Source of the DNA: Acidimicrobiia bacterium
GTDB lineage: Bacteria > Actinomycetota > Acidimicrobiia > Spongiisociales > Spongiisociaceae
NCBI GenBank assembly: GCA_041576165.1
Contig: JBFGLM010000011.1
Span: 1 to 64,000, forward strand
Direction: 5' to 3'
Length of the DNA: 64,000 nt
Both the position numbers and the translations under genes were made by a program. Positions 9,566 through 19,952 of the stretch are shown piece after piece (positions within the stretch are counted from its first letter, which is position 1; each line of letters opens with the position of its first letter). Below the pieces are notes generated by a model. It did not search any database and had not been told where the DNA came from. It worked only from the letters and a program-made list of their open reading frames with translations.

Positions 9566-10140
9566 GGTGACTCCGATCTGCTCGCGCCCGGCCCGAATGT
9601 CGGGCAATTCATCCAATTGTGTGGAGGTACGTCGGCCGCCGGCCAGAGCCAAAGGACCCTTCGGCCGGACCACTGCTGCCCCTTGGGCTGGCGCTGAACG
9701 ATGAACGAAGAACCGTCCAGGCAAAGCACCGCGATCCGTGTCGATCCCAACCGCACTGAGTCCTTCGACGCGCAGCAGAGCCGTAGACATCACGCTCAGT
9801 GTCGCGATTCGCGCAATTCGTGCACACAGCCTCAGGGGAATCCCGCGGTCACCACCGATATCTCAGCCACCACCCTCCGCGGTCGCGAAACCGAGTGACA
9901 CGCAACGACGTTGTCGTTGTCAGTTTTGTGGCGCTGCATACTCGGGCGTCTGCAGATAGGCGCAGGCCTCTCTCGCCAGACGACCGTGATTGCCCGCCCT
10001 CCCCCGAAGGGTCCCCTCGCCACGGCACCCGCTCCAGGAACGCGCAGCGTTGCCGGGCTCTATTGCCATTCGCCCTATCCGCGGTGCCTCTCAGGGAGCA
10101 GCAAGCCCCTCGTATGCGTAAGACGCCTAGCTGGAGGCGT

Positions 10141-11358
10141 TCACGGTGACAGCAGACCCCGGATGGCGTCGATCACGACATCGGGCCGATCTAGGTGAAC
10201 GAAATGTCCGCTGCCCTCGGCGATGATCAGCTCGCTGTTGGTCGACTGCTCGGCGAGGTCTTGCTGCAGAATCGGCTTCAACTCGTTGGTTACCCGGTTG
10301 ACCTCGTCAACGATGGCCTGTGGGACGCCTACGTCTTCGGCTGCGACGGTCTCGGCTTCGGCTCTGATGACGACGAGGGGGAGATCTTCGAGCCCGCCGG
10401 CCTTTGCCACCTCCTCGCCGCTCGCGGCCAGATCCATGTTCTCGGCGTTGTCGCCTTGAACCTGGGACATGATGGCCCACGCCTCGGCGGAGAGGCGCTC
10501 CTGATACCGGGCGAGCTGCTCCTCATGGCTCGTATCGACCAACACCATTCCCACTACGTCCGCGGAGTGCTGATCGGCGTACAGACGCGCGACTAACCCG
10601 CCGAAAGAGTGCCCAACGAGGACATAGGGGCCGGCGAGTTCTGCCTCTTCGAGCAATAGTGTCAGATCGTCGGCCGCATCCTGTGCTGTCCGGACCGGCT
10701 CGTCTGCCCTTCCACTGAAACCCATCCCGGCTCGCGAATAGAAGCAGACCCGGGTGTCTTCGGCCACGGCGTCCTGGACCTCGCTCCAGTCGGTGCCCAC
10801 AGAATCGAGTCCATGCTCGAGAACCACCGTGGGTGTTCCCGAACCTTGGCAGCTGATGAACATCGAGCGGCCACCTATGTCGACCAGGTCACCTCTCGTC
10901 AACAGCAGCCAATTCGGCAACGTGAGGATGACGTATGCGACCGGCAGGACCCCGACGATCCCCAATATGACCCATTTCCTGCGACTCTTGCTCTTCGGCT
11001 GGCCGCCCACGGTTGGGTCTGCTTGCCGTGCCACAGGGCCGTTCTCGTCGATAATCCGATCGTAGTCCTTCTGATCCCGGGTCGCGGAGGCATCCCACGT
11101 ATCCCCTACCGACTCGGGAACAAGCGCCTCAGACCCCTCCGCAGCAGCGTTCCCGCGATCGCCTTCTGGTGCCGCACGCAAGCGCTCTGGTCGGCTGGCT
11201 CCAGCGGCCTTGCCGGAGCTCCATCCCACTTTGTCGATCCACCCCCATTTCGATCGCACCAGGAGGTGGATCGTGGGCTGGATCGCGCACCAGACGAGGT
11301 CCCTGCGCTGCTCCATTGAGCCCACCCGCCTGGCATTCGGGACGCACAATCCAACCAC
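10141..11358 (-). CDS. Membrane-anchored alpha/beta hydrolase (true start probably downstream)
   Basis: TM helix then HGL, GHSFGG nucleophile, SGHFVH catalytic His. Confidence 0.85.
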   Translation of the reverse strand: MVGLCVPNARRVGSMEQRRDLVWCAIQPTIHLLVRSKWGWIDKVGWSSGKAAGASRPERLRAAPEGDRGNAAAEGSEALVPESVGDTWDASATRDQKDYDRIIDENGPVARQADPTVGGQPKSKSRRKWVILGIVGVLPVAYVILTLPNWLLLTRGDLVDIGGRSMFISCQGSGTPTVVLEHGLDSVGTDWSEVQDAVAEDTRVCFYSRAGMGFSGRADEPVRTAQDAADDLTLLLEEAELAGPYVLVGHSFGGLVARLYADQHSADVVGMVLVDTSHEEQLARYQERLSAEAWAIMSQVQGDNAENMDLAASGEEVAKAGGLEDLPLVVIRAEAETVAAEDVGVPQAIVDEVNRVTNELKPILQQDLAEQSTNSELIIAEGSGHFVHLDRPDVVIDAIRGLLSP

Positions 11359-11440
11359 CTTCGGGACCTAGGACCATTGCGGCCCGCCTCCCAGATGCTG
11401 CATGCTGCAAGAAAGTATCGTCGTCCTGGAGGGGGCGCAC

Positions 11441-11701
11441 ATGAGAGACTTGGATGCCCGCCGCGAAGCGGCAGTCAAACGCGTGAAGGCAAAGCGGGAC
11501 TTCCGCAATCACCTTGCCGTGTACGTCGTGGTCAACACGCTCCTCGTGATCATCTGGGCAGCGTCCGGTGGTGGCTACTTCTGGCCAATATGGCCGTTGG
11601 GTGGTTGGGGGGTCGGGCTTGTCCTCAACGCCTGGACCGTATACGCCCAACGTCCGATCACCGAGGCCGATATCCAGCTCGAGATGGAGCGAGAGCCCTA
11701 G
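11441..11701 (+). CDS. 2TM domain-containing protein
   Basis: FRNHLAVYVVVN..YFWPIWPLGGWGVGL; GGAGG RBS before ATG 11441. Confidence 0.85.
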   Translation: MRDLDARREAAVKRVKAKRDFRNHLAVYVVVNTLLVIIWAASGGGYFWPIWPLGGWGVGLVLNAWTVYAQRPITEADIQLEMEREP

Positions 11702-12322
11702 AGACCGGCTTGTTCACCGACCGCGAGCGATCTGCTCGACCTGCGGTGATCAAGGCCTTGTTACGGTGGTGAAGCACCCGGCGAACGGTCTCGTGGGCAG
11801 GCACGCACTCCCATTTCATCTTGTCGGGTCGGCTTGGCGTAGCGGGAATGACGGTCATCGACGGGACTGTTCCCGGCTCACCGTCGAGACCACCGATCTG
11901 CTGTCGTCCTCGCCCAACATTGGACGAACTGACAATCGGTAGTGCCTTGCGCAACGATTGCCGTCTGAGGACGGCCTGCCGGCTGGAGCCACCGTGAGGC
12001 CTACGACCGCGACGGGTACCACGTGTTTCGCGACGTATCGCGATCTGGTCGCAGGCGGTTGCCAATGCTCCCCCGTTCGCCGGCACGCACCACCCAACGC
12101 ACCCTGTCTCCGCTGATCGGAGGAGCGCCCGTGATGCGCTCTCAGAGTTCGCCATTTGGCGCGTCCGCCGCTCTGGGAGCCACGCTCCACTGCCGGTCAT
12201 TGCGGTCACAGGTCGCATCCGTGGCATAGCGCTGCGGGGAGGCCAGGACCGGCCGACGCCGCCCGTGGACGCCCGAGCGAAATCGGTACGGTTCGTGACG
12301 ACGAAGATCGCGAGGCTGCAGC

Positions 12323-12859
12323 TCAGCCCATCTTTCTCAGGACCCGGTGCACCGTGAGCCAGGTGCGCGACGTGATCTCTGTGCCGAACTGCTTCTCCAG
12401 CCAGCCCATCACGTCGGGCGTCTTTGCCGCCGTGGTATCAGAGACAGTGAACAGCTCATGATCGGTGGCCCTCACGACCTCAAAGGCTTCATCGGCGGGT
12501 CGGTGCGGCGGGTCGAACTCGATCGGCAGACGTCCTTTGGCGAACGTCGCGAGCAGGTACGTGTCCTTCCCGTGTTTCAGCTCACCGAACGGCCGGAGAT
12601 CCGCGAGGGCCTTCAGCTCCGCCTGGCTCCGCAGGATCGTCGTGCTCTGGAAGCCAAGCCGTTCCGGCCAGGCCGACTCGAGCCGGGCCTCGATCTCGGC
12701 GGGCTCTCCCCCGGCAACATCGAAGACGATGTTGCCGCTAGAGATGACCGTGGCCACGTTGGCGAAGCCGAGGTCCGCGCACACGGCACGGAGGTTCTCA
12801 TTGCGCATCCTCGGGTCTCCGGGACCGATCCCTCGGAGCAGCGCTACGTAGCGGGTCAT
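12323..12859 (-). CDS. DUF1697 family protein
   Basis: YVALLRGI, TVISSGNIVF, TSRTWLTV. Confidence 0.85.
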   Translation of the reverse strand: MTRYVALLRGIGPGDPRMRNENLRAVCADLGFANVATVISSGNIVFDVAGGEPAEIEARLESAWPERLGFQSTTILRSQAELKALADLRPFGELKHGKDTYLLATFAKGRLPIEFDPPHRPADEAFEVVRATDHELFTVSDTTAAKTPDVMGWLEKQFGTEITSRTWLTVHRVLRKMG

Positions 12860-12956
12860 GGGATGAGTATCGCCGAATTGGGTGTGATTCGGCCCCTGAG
12901 CGGCATGCTGGCAGGTACGGTCTGGCGGACCGGCCCCGCGCACCAGCAGATCCCCT

Positions 12957-13631
12957 CTAGGCGACGGCACTCGCATGCGCCAGCAAAGCGGTCAACGGTC
13001 GCGGCAGCCGGTCCGGCTCGAGCGACTCGATGAGGAGCCGGGCGTAGCGGAGATTGCGACGGGCCCCGGCACGCAACCACCGGTGGATCTGCGACTCGAA
13101 CGCTTCATGGCGCCATTCCGGCTGCCTCTGCAGCGTCCGGAAGGCGCCGAGATCACCCTGAGACTCGAGAAGTGCCTCGATCGCGTCGCGATCGGAGGCA
13201 CGGATGAGCTCCTCCTCCAAATCTCCCACGCAGACAAAGAATCCCAGTTGCTCCATCTCGCTCCGATTCCGCGGCGCACCGAGGCCCGCGGCGGCCAGGC
13301 GGCGTCGAAAGAGGTGCTCGACGCCGGCGTCACAGAGTCCACTGATGGGTAGAGCTCTGCCGTCGGGGCCAAACATGGCAAGGTAGCGTGCGATCTCCGA
13401 TGCGCCCCCGATCGGGACGATCACGATTCCTTCGCCCACCAGGTCCTGTCCGACGCGACCTGCCAACGTCTCCAACGCGATCTGGTCGCTGATCCCTTCG
13501 ACCAGCACGACCGACTGCGCCGCTCTCGCGGCGGCGAGCGCCCTGGCCGTTGCCTCTGTTGGCGCATCTGGGCCGTGGGCATAACCTCTCAGAGACGCGA
13601 CGGCCAACCGGCGACGTTGCTCCGGATCCAC
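12957..13631 (-). CDS. Stand-alone OLD-family TOPRIM domain protein
   Basis: VVLVEGISD, IVPIGGA, GLCDAG, DLEEEL; no ABC ATPase domain. Confidence 0.75.
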   Translation of the reverse strand: MDPEQRRRLAVASLRGYAHGPDAPTEATARALAAARAAQSVVLVEGISDQIALETLAGRVGQDLVGEGIVIVPIGGASEIARYLAMFGPDGRALPISGLCDAGVEHLFRRRLAAAGLGAPRNRSEMEQLGFFVCVGDLEEELIRASDRDAIEALLESQGDLGAFRTLQRQPEWRHEAFESQIHRWLRAGARRNLRYARLLIESLEPDRLPRPLTALLAHASAVA

Positions 13632-13910
13632 GGGAATACGATCCCACGTCACTGCGGGGCACGCCAAGCCAATCGATGTGTCCGCTCATGAAGTACCCGG
13701 CGTTACGGATTCGGTGGATCCTTGTCGAGTCACCCTGGGAGATGGACTCCATCACACACATCGCCGAGCATCTGTCGAGATGGCTCGATGTCCATCCCCG
13801 AGTCTCACCCGCTCGGTTTCCATCACCCAAACCGAAGGCTCCGGTTGTGCTGTCCGACCAGCCGGCCGGCTCATGAGGGTTGAGCCGGGTTTGACAAAGT
13901 CGACATCGGG

Positions 13911-14318
13911 TCAGAGTGCGAGAAGACCGGCATTGGTGGGTGTGAAGCCACAGCTTTGGAAGTAGAACGCTGCCGCGTCGTCGTCGAAATCGACGTGGAG
14001 CCATTCGCATCCGGCTTTCCGAGCCTGTTCGGCGGCGAGGCCGACCAGCTTCTGGCCGATGCCCTGGCGTTGCCGGGCCGGGGTCACCACCACGTCTTGC
14101 AGCCAGGCGTGCGCTCCCCCATCCCACGGCACGTTGGCGAAGCCAACCAGCTCGGCGTCAATGCGGGCCGTGACCCATCCGAGACTGAAGGCCTCGACGG
14201 CGTTCCGATACGCCCAGTTTTTGTCGACCGGCCGATCGAGCCCGAACGCAGCGTCGTGCACCCGGATGAACTCCGGGTCGGTGAAAGCGCCCCTCCAGGT
14301 GATCGTCACGTTACGCAC
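13911..14318 (-). CDS. GNAT N-acetyltransferase
   Basis: QRQGIGQKLV, WLHVDF, FYFQSCGF. Confidence 0.88.
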   Translation of the reverse strand: MRNVTITWRGAFTDPEFIRVHDAAFGLDRPVDKNWAYRNAVEAFSLGWVTARIDAELVGFANVPWDGGAHAWLQDVVVTPARQRQGIGQKLVGLAAEQARKAGCEWLHVDFDDDAAAFYFQSCGFTPTNAGLLAL

Positions 14319-14355
14319 GTCGGAGCGAATCTAAGCATTCGGTTCCGGCTTGGCG

Positions 14356-14589
14356 TTACGCGCCGCCCCCATCATTGCCCTCGACGCCCTTGAGGCGCTC
14401 AACACCGTCCCACGCAGCGCGGTCGCCGGCATCGTCCATACGGAACGCCGCCATCTGTGCGACCACCTGACCGGCCGATTCGCCGGCGTCACCCTCCTTG
14501 AAGCCGCCTCGGTCGGCCACGAGCCGAAGCATCAACAGCACGGCGACTGCGCCAATGGCCAGCACGATCAATACGATCAGCCAAGTCAT
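14356..14589 (-). CDS. Small single-TM hypothetical protein
   Basis: Hydrophobic N-terminus; TAGAAT -10 box 9 nt upstream of ATG. Confidence 0.55.
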   Translation of the reverse strand: MTWLIVLIVLAIGAVAVLLMLRLVADRGGFKEGDAGESAGQVVAQMAAFRMDDAGDRAAWDGVERLKGVEGNDGGGA

Positions 14590-14805
14590 GGTCTGCGCAT
14601 TCTACCGGCGGAGAACACGATCCTGGGCGTCGGCACGGTGAAATCCGATGCATTAGCCCGGCTGATCGCTGCCCAAGATCTCGACCGCGCCCCCAGTCCC
14701 CGTGCTCCTCGGGTTGACCACCCACCGGGGTCGCGAATCGGTTGACCTACCAGTATGTTCCACGTCACTCTGCTACCGCCGGCGGGCCCGGTAGCGAGCG
14801 CAGAC

Positions 14806-15315
14806 CTAACGAATCATCTCTCCGAGGGCCGCAAACCGAATCATGTGGGCTTGCCCGGCGTGAAGGGCGTACTCGTCGATCATCTTCACCAGCGTCGCCC
14901 GAAGTGGCCGTCCATGACCGAGGCCCTCCGATTCGAGCACCGGCAGGTGGGCAATCGCTTGGTTGGCTCTCTCGACTTCGGCGAAATACCGCCGCAGATC
15001 CTCATCAACCGTCTCGACCGACCCGCCCGCAAAGTCGTCCTCGCCGTAGATGGACGCCCGATCACCGCCACCGAGCCCCCAAGAAAGATAGCCGTGCTCT
15101 ATCTGCGTCATGTGTCGCACGAGGCCCAGCACCGACAGCTCCACAGGAGGTACCGCCCAGGTCACGAGACCCTGCGGCGTAAGATCACGCAACTTCCGAA
15201 TGAATTCATGCCGCTGATAGCGGAGCCACTCCTCGAGCAACTCTCGAGGTTCAGATGACGGGTTTGGCTGGTCCCACCTCGAGAAGTCAAAGTGGCTCAG
15301 CGCCTCGATCGACAT
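14806..15315 (-). CDS. DinB/DUF664 family protein
   Basis: SVLGLVRHMT, MIDEYALHAGQAH. Confidence 0.85.
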   Translation of the reverse strand: MSIEALSHFDFSRWDQPNPSSEPRELLEEWLRYQRHEFIRKLRDLTPQGLVTWAVPPVELSVLGLVRHMTQIEHGYLSWGLGGGDRASIYGEDDFAGGSVETVDEDLRRYFAEVERANQAIAHLPVLESEGLGHGRPLRATLVKMIDEYALHAGQAHMIRFAALGEMIR

Positions 15316-15582
15316 CCACGCTCCCTTGCTCCCGGTCGGGCTGAGATTACGCACCATGAACGGAGCGCCATCGACATGTCGGCGCACCCCCGCCGCTGCT
15401 GATCTGCGGTCTCGGAAATGACGGCAACTCGCGTTCGAGTCCCGGGCACCCACGGGCTACATCGGATGAGGCTGTCGATCGCCGGGCCGTTACTCTTGGC
15501 GCGACCTCCTCCAGCCTTCGATCTGTGTCCGGCATCCGCGGCGTAGCGACGACGCCACCATCTGCTCGAACAGCGCGACCGG

Positions 15583-15987
15583 CTACGGCATGAGGCCGGA
15601 TGCCGCAAGCGCCGCAAGATGCTTTCGATCTTTGGGACGGTTGGCGATCTGCTTGTACGTGACCACGTGCTCGAGTCGGACAAAGCGAAGCCCATCGATG
15701 ACATCGGCGGTGTCGATGAGTTTGTCCACGTCAAAGAATCCGATCCCCCATTGACGTCCGAACGTGAGACCGCCTCCAGCGTCGACGATGTCGACGTCAA
15801 ACTTGCTCAGGTGAACGAGCCGTCCGTGGCGCAAAGCAACCGACCAGGCCGGCCCGCGAACGAGGACGTCCACGTCAGCTGTGTGCTCGATGACGCCTCG
15901 CACCAGCAGCGGGCCGCTGCCGAACACGGCATAGTGACGGTCGGGTAGTTCGAGGTCGCGCAACCGATCGAAGAGTTCGTGATTCAT
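15583..15987 (-). CDS. Hypothetical protein with nucleotidyltransferase-like motif
   Basis: FGSGPL..ADVDVLV (GS..DxD) and C-terminal RPKD. Confidence 0.65.
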   Translation of the reverse strand: MNHELFDRLRDLELPDRHYAVFGSGPLLVRGVIEHTADVDVLVRGPAWSVALRHGRLVHLSKFDVDIVDAGGGLTFGRQWGIGFFDVDKLIDTADVIDGLRFVRLEHVVTYKQIANRPKDRKHLAALAASGLMP

Positions 15988-16114
15988 GTATGTGGCATCC
16001 CGCGGCTCACGGTACGCGATCGCTGGCATCCGAGGTTGATCGCCGCTCGGAGGTCGCTCTTGCGGGGCATGACACGGACGGCACGGCTCGACGGCGGCGG
16101 GGCCCACCCGTCCA

Positions 16115-16508
16115 CTACGCATTGCGCCAGCGGTTGATGCGTTGCGGCTTCGAGCCGGGCACTCGTTCGATCTCGCAGCGGGCTTCCATGTCGGTCTTGG
16201 TGCAGCGGACGTAGTTGGTGAGCCGGCCGTTGCGGAATGACTCGTGGTGCCCGAGGCGCGCATGGGCCGCGGCGACCACGTCTTTTGAGGGTTACGGTTC
16301 CTTCGTCATCTGCGTCCGAGTCGAGGACATCGAGGATCACGTCCCGAACTGTTTCGTACTGGCTGAGGTCCATGGTCCAGCCGTCCATGCCACCGGGTCG
16401 AGTGGCATTGAAGATCTGGGTTCGACCCGCGTCAGCTCGAGTCTCGGCATCGAGGTGCCATGCCGCGTCGGGAACCGGCCCCGCATGCGGATCGCGCTCG
16501 ATGCTCAT
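16115..16508 (-). pseudogene. Frameshifted DUF6958-like protein
   Basis: Removing one A from the AAAA run (~16283-16286) joins ..GTVTLK to DVVAAAH..TKTDMEARCEIERVPGSKPQRINRWRNA* (stop 16115). Confidence 0.65.
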
Positions 16509-16608
16509 GTCAAGAGCACGGCCGTTGCTGTCATCTCGAGCCCCTGGTCACCGAGCGAGAAGCGCGGCCGGGCAGGGCCTGGTCCAAGGAGAGCTGTGGC
16601 GGTAGCTC

Positions 16609-16974
16609 CTACTTCTTCTTGGTCGGCTTTGATGGCAGTGTGCCGATCCAGGTCCATGACTTGTCGAACCAGCCGGCCAGCTCCTCGGTGTCGGCGAGCA
16701 ACTCGGCCGGCACCGACGAATAGCCGCGCATCGTGGCGCCGTACTGGGTGACATCGCCGCTGTCGAACTGCGAGCGGAACTCCGCGGTCAGCTCGTCCGA
16801 CAGCCGCAGCGCCATCGTCCCATCACTGTCGAGGAAGCTGAACATGTGCCCGTTGCGGGAGGTGTAGGGATTCTTGGCACCCTTCACCTCGGTGCCGCTC
16901 TCGCTCTGGTCGACCGCCGCGGTGTACTGCTCGAGCTTGTCCCGCGACCCTTCGTACTTCGATCCGCCCGGCAC
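16609..16974 (-). CDS. TfoX/Sxy N-terminal-like protein
   Basis: YTSRNGHMFSFL, YGATMRGYSSVP, WIGTLPSKPTKKK; GAGGAGG RBS. Confidence 0.7.
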   Translation of the reverse strand: MPGGSKYEGSRDKLEQYTAAVDQSESGTEVKGAKNPYTSRNGHMFSFLDSDGTMALRLSDELTAEFRSQFDSGDVTQYGATMRGYSSVPAELLADTEELAGWFDKSWTWIGTLPSKPTKKK

Positions 16975-17227
16975 GTCACCTCCTCATTGCTCGACGCCGA
17001 CCTTACCGCAGCCGCTAATCCCGCCCGGACCATCGGCATGGCGATGCCGCTTCGATGGATCCGGCTCGATGGGGAGGCGCCGCGCTCGATCGCTGCTCCT
17101 GGTCGAGGACGCTCCACACCGTCAGTGCCTGGGTCCGAACTGTGCCGGCTCCACGTCAGGAGACATGCTCCGATATTCGGTCCGGGTGGCTCATCCGCCA
17201 CCAGCGCGAGAAGCTGCGGGGAGATTT

Positions 17228-17253
17228 ACCAAACGAAACCGTTTGGTTATAAT
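17228..17253 (+). promoter_or_regulatory. TetR operator palindrome plus TATAAT -10 box (leaderless start)
   Basis: ACCAAACG-AAAC-CGTTTGGT (17228-17247), TATAAT 17248-17253, ATG 7 nt later. Confidence 0.75.
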
Positions 17254-17260
17254 GTGAGCC

Positions 17261-17908
17261 ATGTCAGAAACACGCGGCCGACCTCGCGATCCCAGTCGCG
17301 ACCGGGCGATCCTGGCTGCTGCCCGCACCGTGATCGCGTCACACGGATACACCGGTGCCACTATGGAGGAGATCGCCAAGCTCGCTCGGGTGGGCAAAGA
17401 CACGCTCTATCGCCGCTGGACCTCGAAAGAGCAGCTTGCGCTCGACCTCGTAGACGCCCTCGCCCGCGATGCCGTGCGGCCATCCCCTATCGATCCCGAC
17501 CCACGCCTGAACCTCTTCATGTTCGTCAAGGACATCGTGCGACTGTGCCGGACCACGGATTTCGGCGCTCTGGTCGCCGGATTGGTCGGTGAAGCCGCTC
17601 GGAACGGCGAGTTTGCGCAACACTTCGCCGAGTTCTGGCAGCGCCGGCGCGCCGTCGCGGCTGCCCTCGTCCGGGACGTACTGGGCCCAGCAGCTACGGA
17701 TGAAGAAGTCGAAACGAGCCTCGACGGCCTCCTCGGACCGATCTACTACCGGCTGTTGCTCACCCACGCTGACTTGCCTGATGAGTACCTATGGGAACTC
17801 GTCATTGCCATACCGTGGAGCTCAGACGTCAACCAAAGCGCCTGGAACGAACACAACGAATCAATGGCAAACGACAACGGCGACGTGGTCGCCAGTGTCC
17901 CACACTGA
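17261..17908 (+). CDS. TetR/AcrR family transcriptional regulator
   Basis: GRPRD..TMEEIAKLARVGKDTLYRRWTSKEQL; GPIYYRLL. Confidence 0.93.
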   Translation: MSETRGRPRDPSRDRAILAAARTVIASHGYTGATMEEIAKLARVGKDTLYRRWTSKEQLALDLVDALARDAVRPSPIDPDPRLNLFMFVKDIVRLCRTTDFGALVAGLVGEAARNGEFAQHFAEFWQRRRAVAAALVRDVLGPAATDEEVETSLDGLLGPIYYRLLLTHADLPDEYLWELVIAIPWSSDVNQSAWNEHNESMANDNGDVVASVPH

Positions 17909-17919
17909 AAGAGACCGGA

Positions 17920-18339
17920 ATGCCCAATCGAGAACATTTGCTCACGATCGTCGAACCGACGCCGGGTGGCGATGCGACGCTCGACCTTGCCCGCAAGGCC
18001 GTGGCTGGCGGCGGCACCGCCAGCGTGTTGATGGTCATCACCGAACGCGTTCAGCGAGACATCCAAGAGTTCGCCGACGGTGAGGATTTGGGCTGGTACG
18101 AAGCAGAAGCGCTAGCCCTCGATCAGCTCCGCATGCGCTGCACCGACCGGATCGGCGCAGTGTCGAACCTCGAGACCTACTTCGGGTCCATAGGCAGCGA
18201 CGTGGTGAACTTCATCACTGCCGACACGACAGCGATCGCGGTCCCATCGCGCCTGGTCACGAATAGGTTGGTCGAGCATCTGGCTGAATCCAGTGGCAGA
18301 CCCGTAATCGTAACCCCGAGTCGCGCCGCGGCCGCCTAG
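17920..18339 (+). CDS. Hypothetical protein, universal-stress-protein-like fold
   Basis: HLLTIVEP..LDLAR, HLAESSGRPVIVTP; co-oriented 11 nt after tetR. Confidence 0.55.
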   Translation: MPNREHLLTIVEPTPGGDATLDLARKAVAGGGTASVLMVITERVQRDIQEFADGEDLGWYEAEALALDQLRMRCTDRIGAVSNLETYFGSIGSDVVNFITADTTAIAVPSRLVTNRLVEHLAESSGRPVIVTPSRAAAA

Positions 18340-18574
18340 GCCGCAACTCGCCCTCCACGCCTGGGCGGGGCCAACACCGGCCCGCGGAGATCCCGGCCAT
18401 CGCCCACCGACCACAGCCGTGCGTTTCAGCGGATGATTTCATTGAGCGCGGCGGACTTTCAGTATGTGCGCTTCTTGCAGCGTGAATGCTTGCACCCGTC
18501 GAGTGAGGGGTGGCGTCGCTTCCGCCGTCAGTTCGAGGGGCTGCCCGAACGGGATTCTTCTAGGGTTGCCGGCT

Positions 18575-19450
18575 ATGGATGACCAGAAAAAGAGGTCGAT
18601 CGTCGCCATCGTTAGCGCCGTCGTGGTCGGGTTGCTCGTGTCATGGGCGGGCAGCGACGGGAGCACGAACGTCGGTTCGGTTCCTGTGTTTGCGGTATGC
18701 GGCCTGCTCGCGTTCGCCATCAACTGGCTTGCTTTCGTACCGGCCAACGCCGCCAAGACCGAGAAGTACTACGACCTCACCGGCAGCATCACCTATACCG
18801 TGGTGACGCTGGCTGCAGTGATCTTGAGCGGCGATCTCGATGCCCGCGCGCTGATCGTCGCCGCCATGGTGCTCGGGTGGACCGCCCGGCTGGGAATATT
18901 CCTCTATCGGCGGATCCAGCGAGAAGGGAAAGACACTCGCTTCGACGAGATCAAGATGAGCCCGCTTCGGTTCCTCTCCGCCTGGACCATCCAGGGATTG
19001 TGGGTGCTGCTGACCGCGGCGGCGGCACTGGCGATCATCACTTCCAGCGAGCGGGAGGATCTCGGGCTGCTGGCCTACGTAGGCATCGTCGTGTGGTTGG
19101 TGGGTTTTGCCATCGAGGTGATCGCAGACCGCCAGAAGTCGGCGTTCAAACAGGACCCGGCCAACGAGGGACGATTCATTGCGACCGGATTGTGGGCGTG
19201 GTCTCGCCACCCCAATTACTTCGGCGAGATAACGCTGTGGGCCGGCATCGCCATCATGGCCATCCCGATACTGTCCGGCTGGCGGTGGGTGGTGCTCGTA
19301 TCGCCGGTGTTCGTCACCCTGCTCCTCACGAGAGTAAGCGGCATCCCCATGCTCGAGAAACGAGCGGACAAGCGCTGGGGCGACGAAGCGGCGTACCAGC
19401 GCTACAAGGCCTCAACGCCCGTCCTGATCCCCCGGCCCCCGTCGGGCTGA
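18575..19450 (+). CDS. DUF1295 family membrane protein (steroid 5-alpha-reductase-like)
   Basis: KYYDLTGS, DTRFDEIK, GLWAWSRHPNYFGE, SGIPMLE. Confidence 0.9.
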   Translation: MDDQKKRSIVAIVSAVVVGLLVSWAGSDGSTNVGSVPVFAVCGLLAFAINWLAFVPANAAKTEKYYDLTGSITYTVVTLAAVILSGDLDARALIVAAMVLGWTARLGIFLYRRIQREGKDTRFDEIKMSPLRFLSAWTIQGLWVLLTAAAALAIITSSEREDLGLLAYVGIVVWLVGFAIEVIADRQKSAFKQDPANEGRFIATGLWAWSRHPNYFGEITLWAGIAIMAIPILSGWRWVVLVSPVFVTLLLTRVSGIPMLEKRADKRWGDEAAYQRYKASTPVLIPRPPSG

Positions 19451-19952
19451 GGACGGTATAGCGCTCACAAAGTCGTCCAGCGGGATGGTTTACCGGGCCG
19501 ACTCGCGAAGCCGAACCAACAATCCGGTGACGGTGCTGAGGAAGGGATCGGCGGCCGCCACCTGCCGCGCTCAACGTCACCGCGGCAGCCGGCAATGGGA
19601 ACGCAATCCGGCTCAGGTCACAGTCCGGGTGACAAACTACGATCGAATTGAGCGCGCCCATCCGACAGGCTTCGTTGCCGGTCACAACGGCCTCAAGTCC
19701 CCACGCCATCTCGATCAGTTCCAACCCCTCGCACAAGTCCCGGCGCTGCGCACCCACCATCGTCGCCCCTACCACCAGCAAACCGCCGAGGACGATCAAT
19801 CCACCCATCGCTGCCATGCTCCAGCGCGTCTTCCGCCCGAGGACGCCGTCATCCCACGGCACCGGTACCAGCTCTCCCCGACGCCCGGCCCGAGTGCGCG
19901 GTCTGCGGCCGCTCAATCCGTCGGGCCCGTGGCCGACCTCCCCGGCTGAGCG

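Noticed and set aside
12323-16974. Integron-like cassette array (eight co-oriented small genes)
   Set aside because: No intI, and no repeated attC-like RYYYAAC..GTTRRRY hairpins were visible between genes; several genes have their own -10 boxes.
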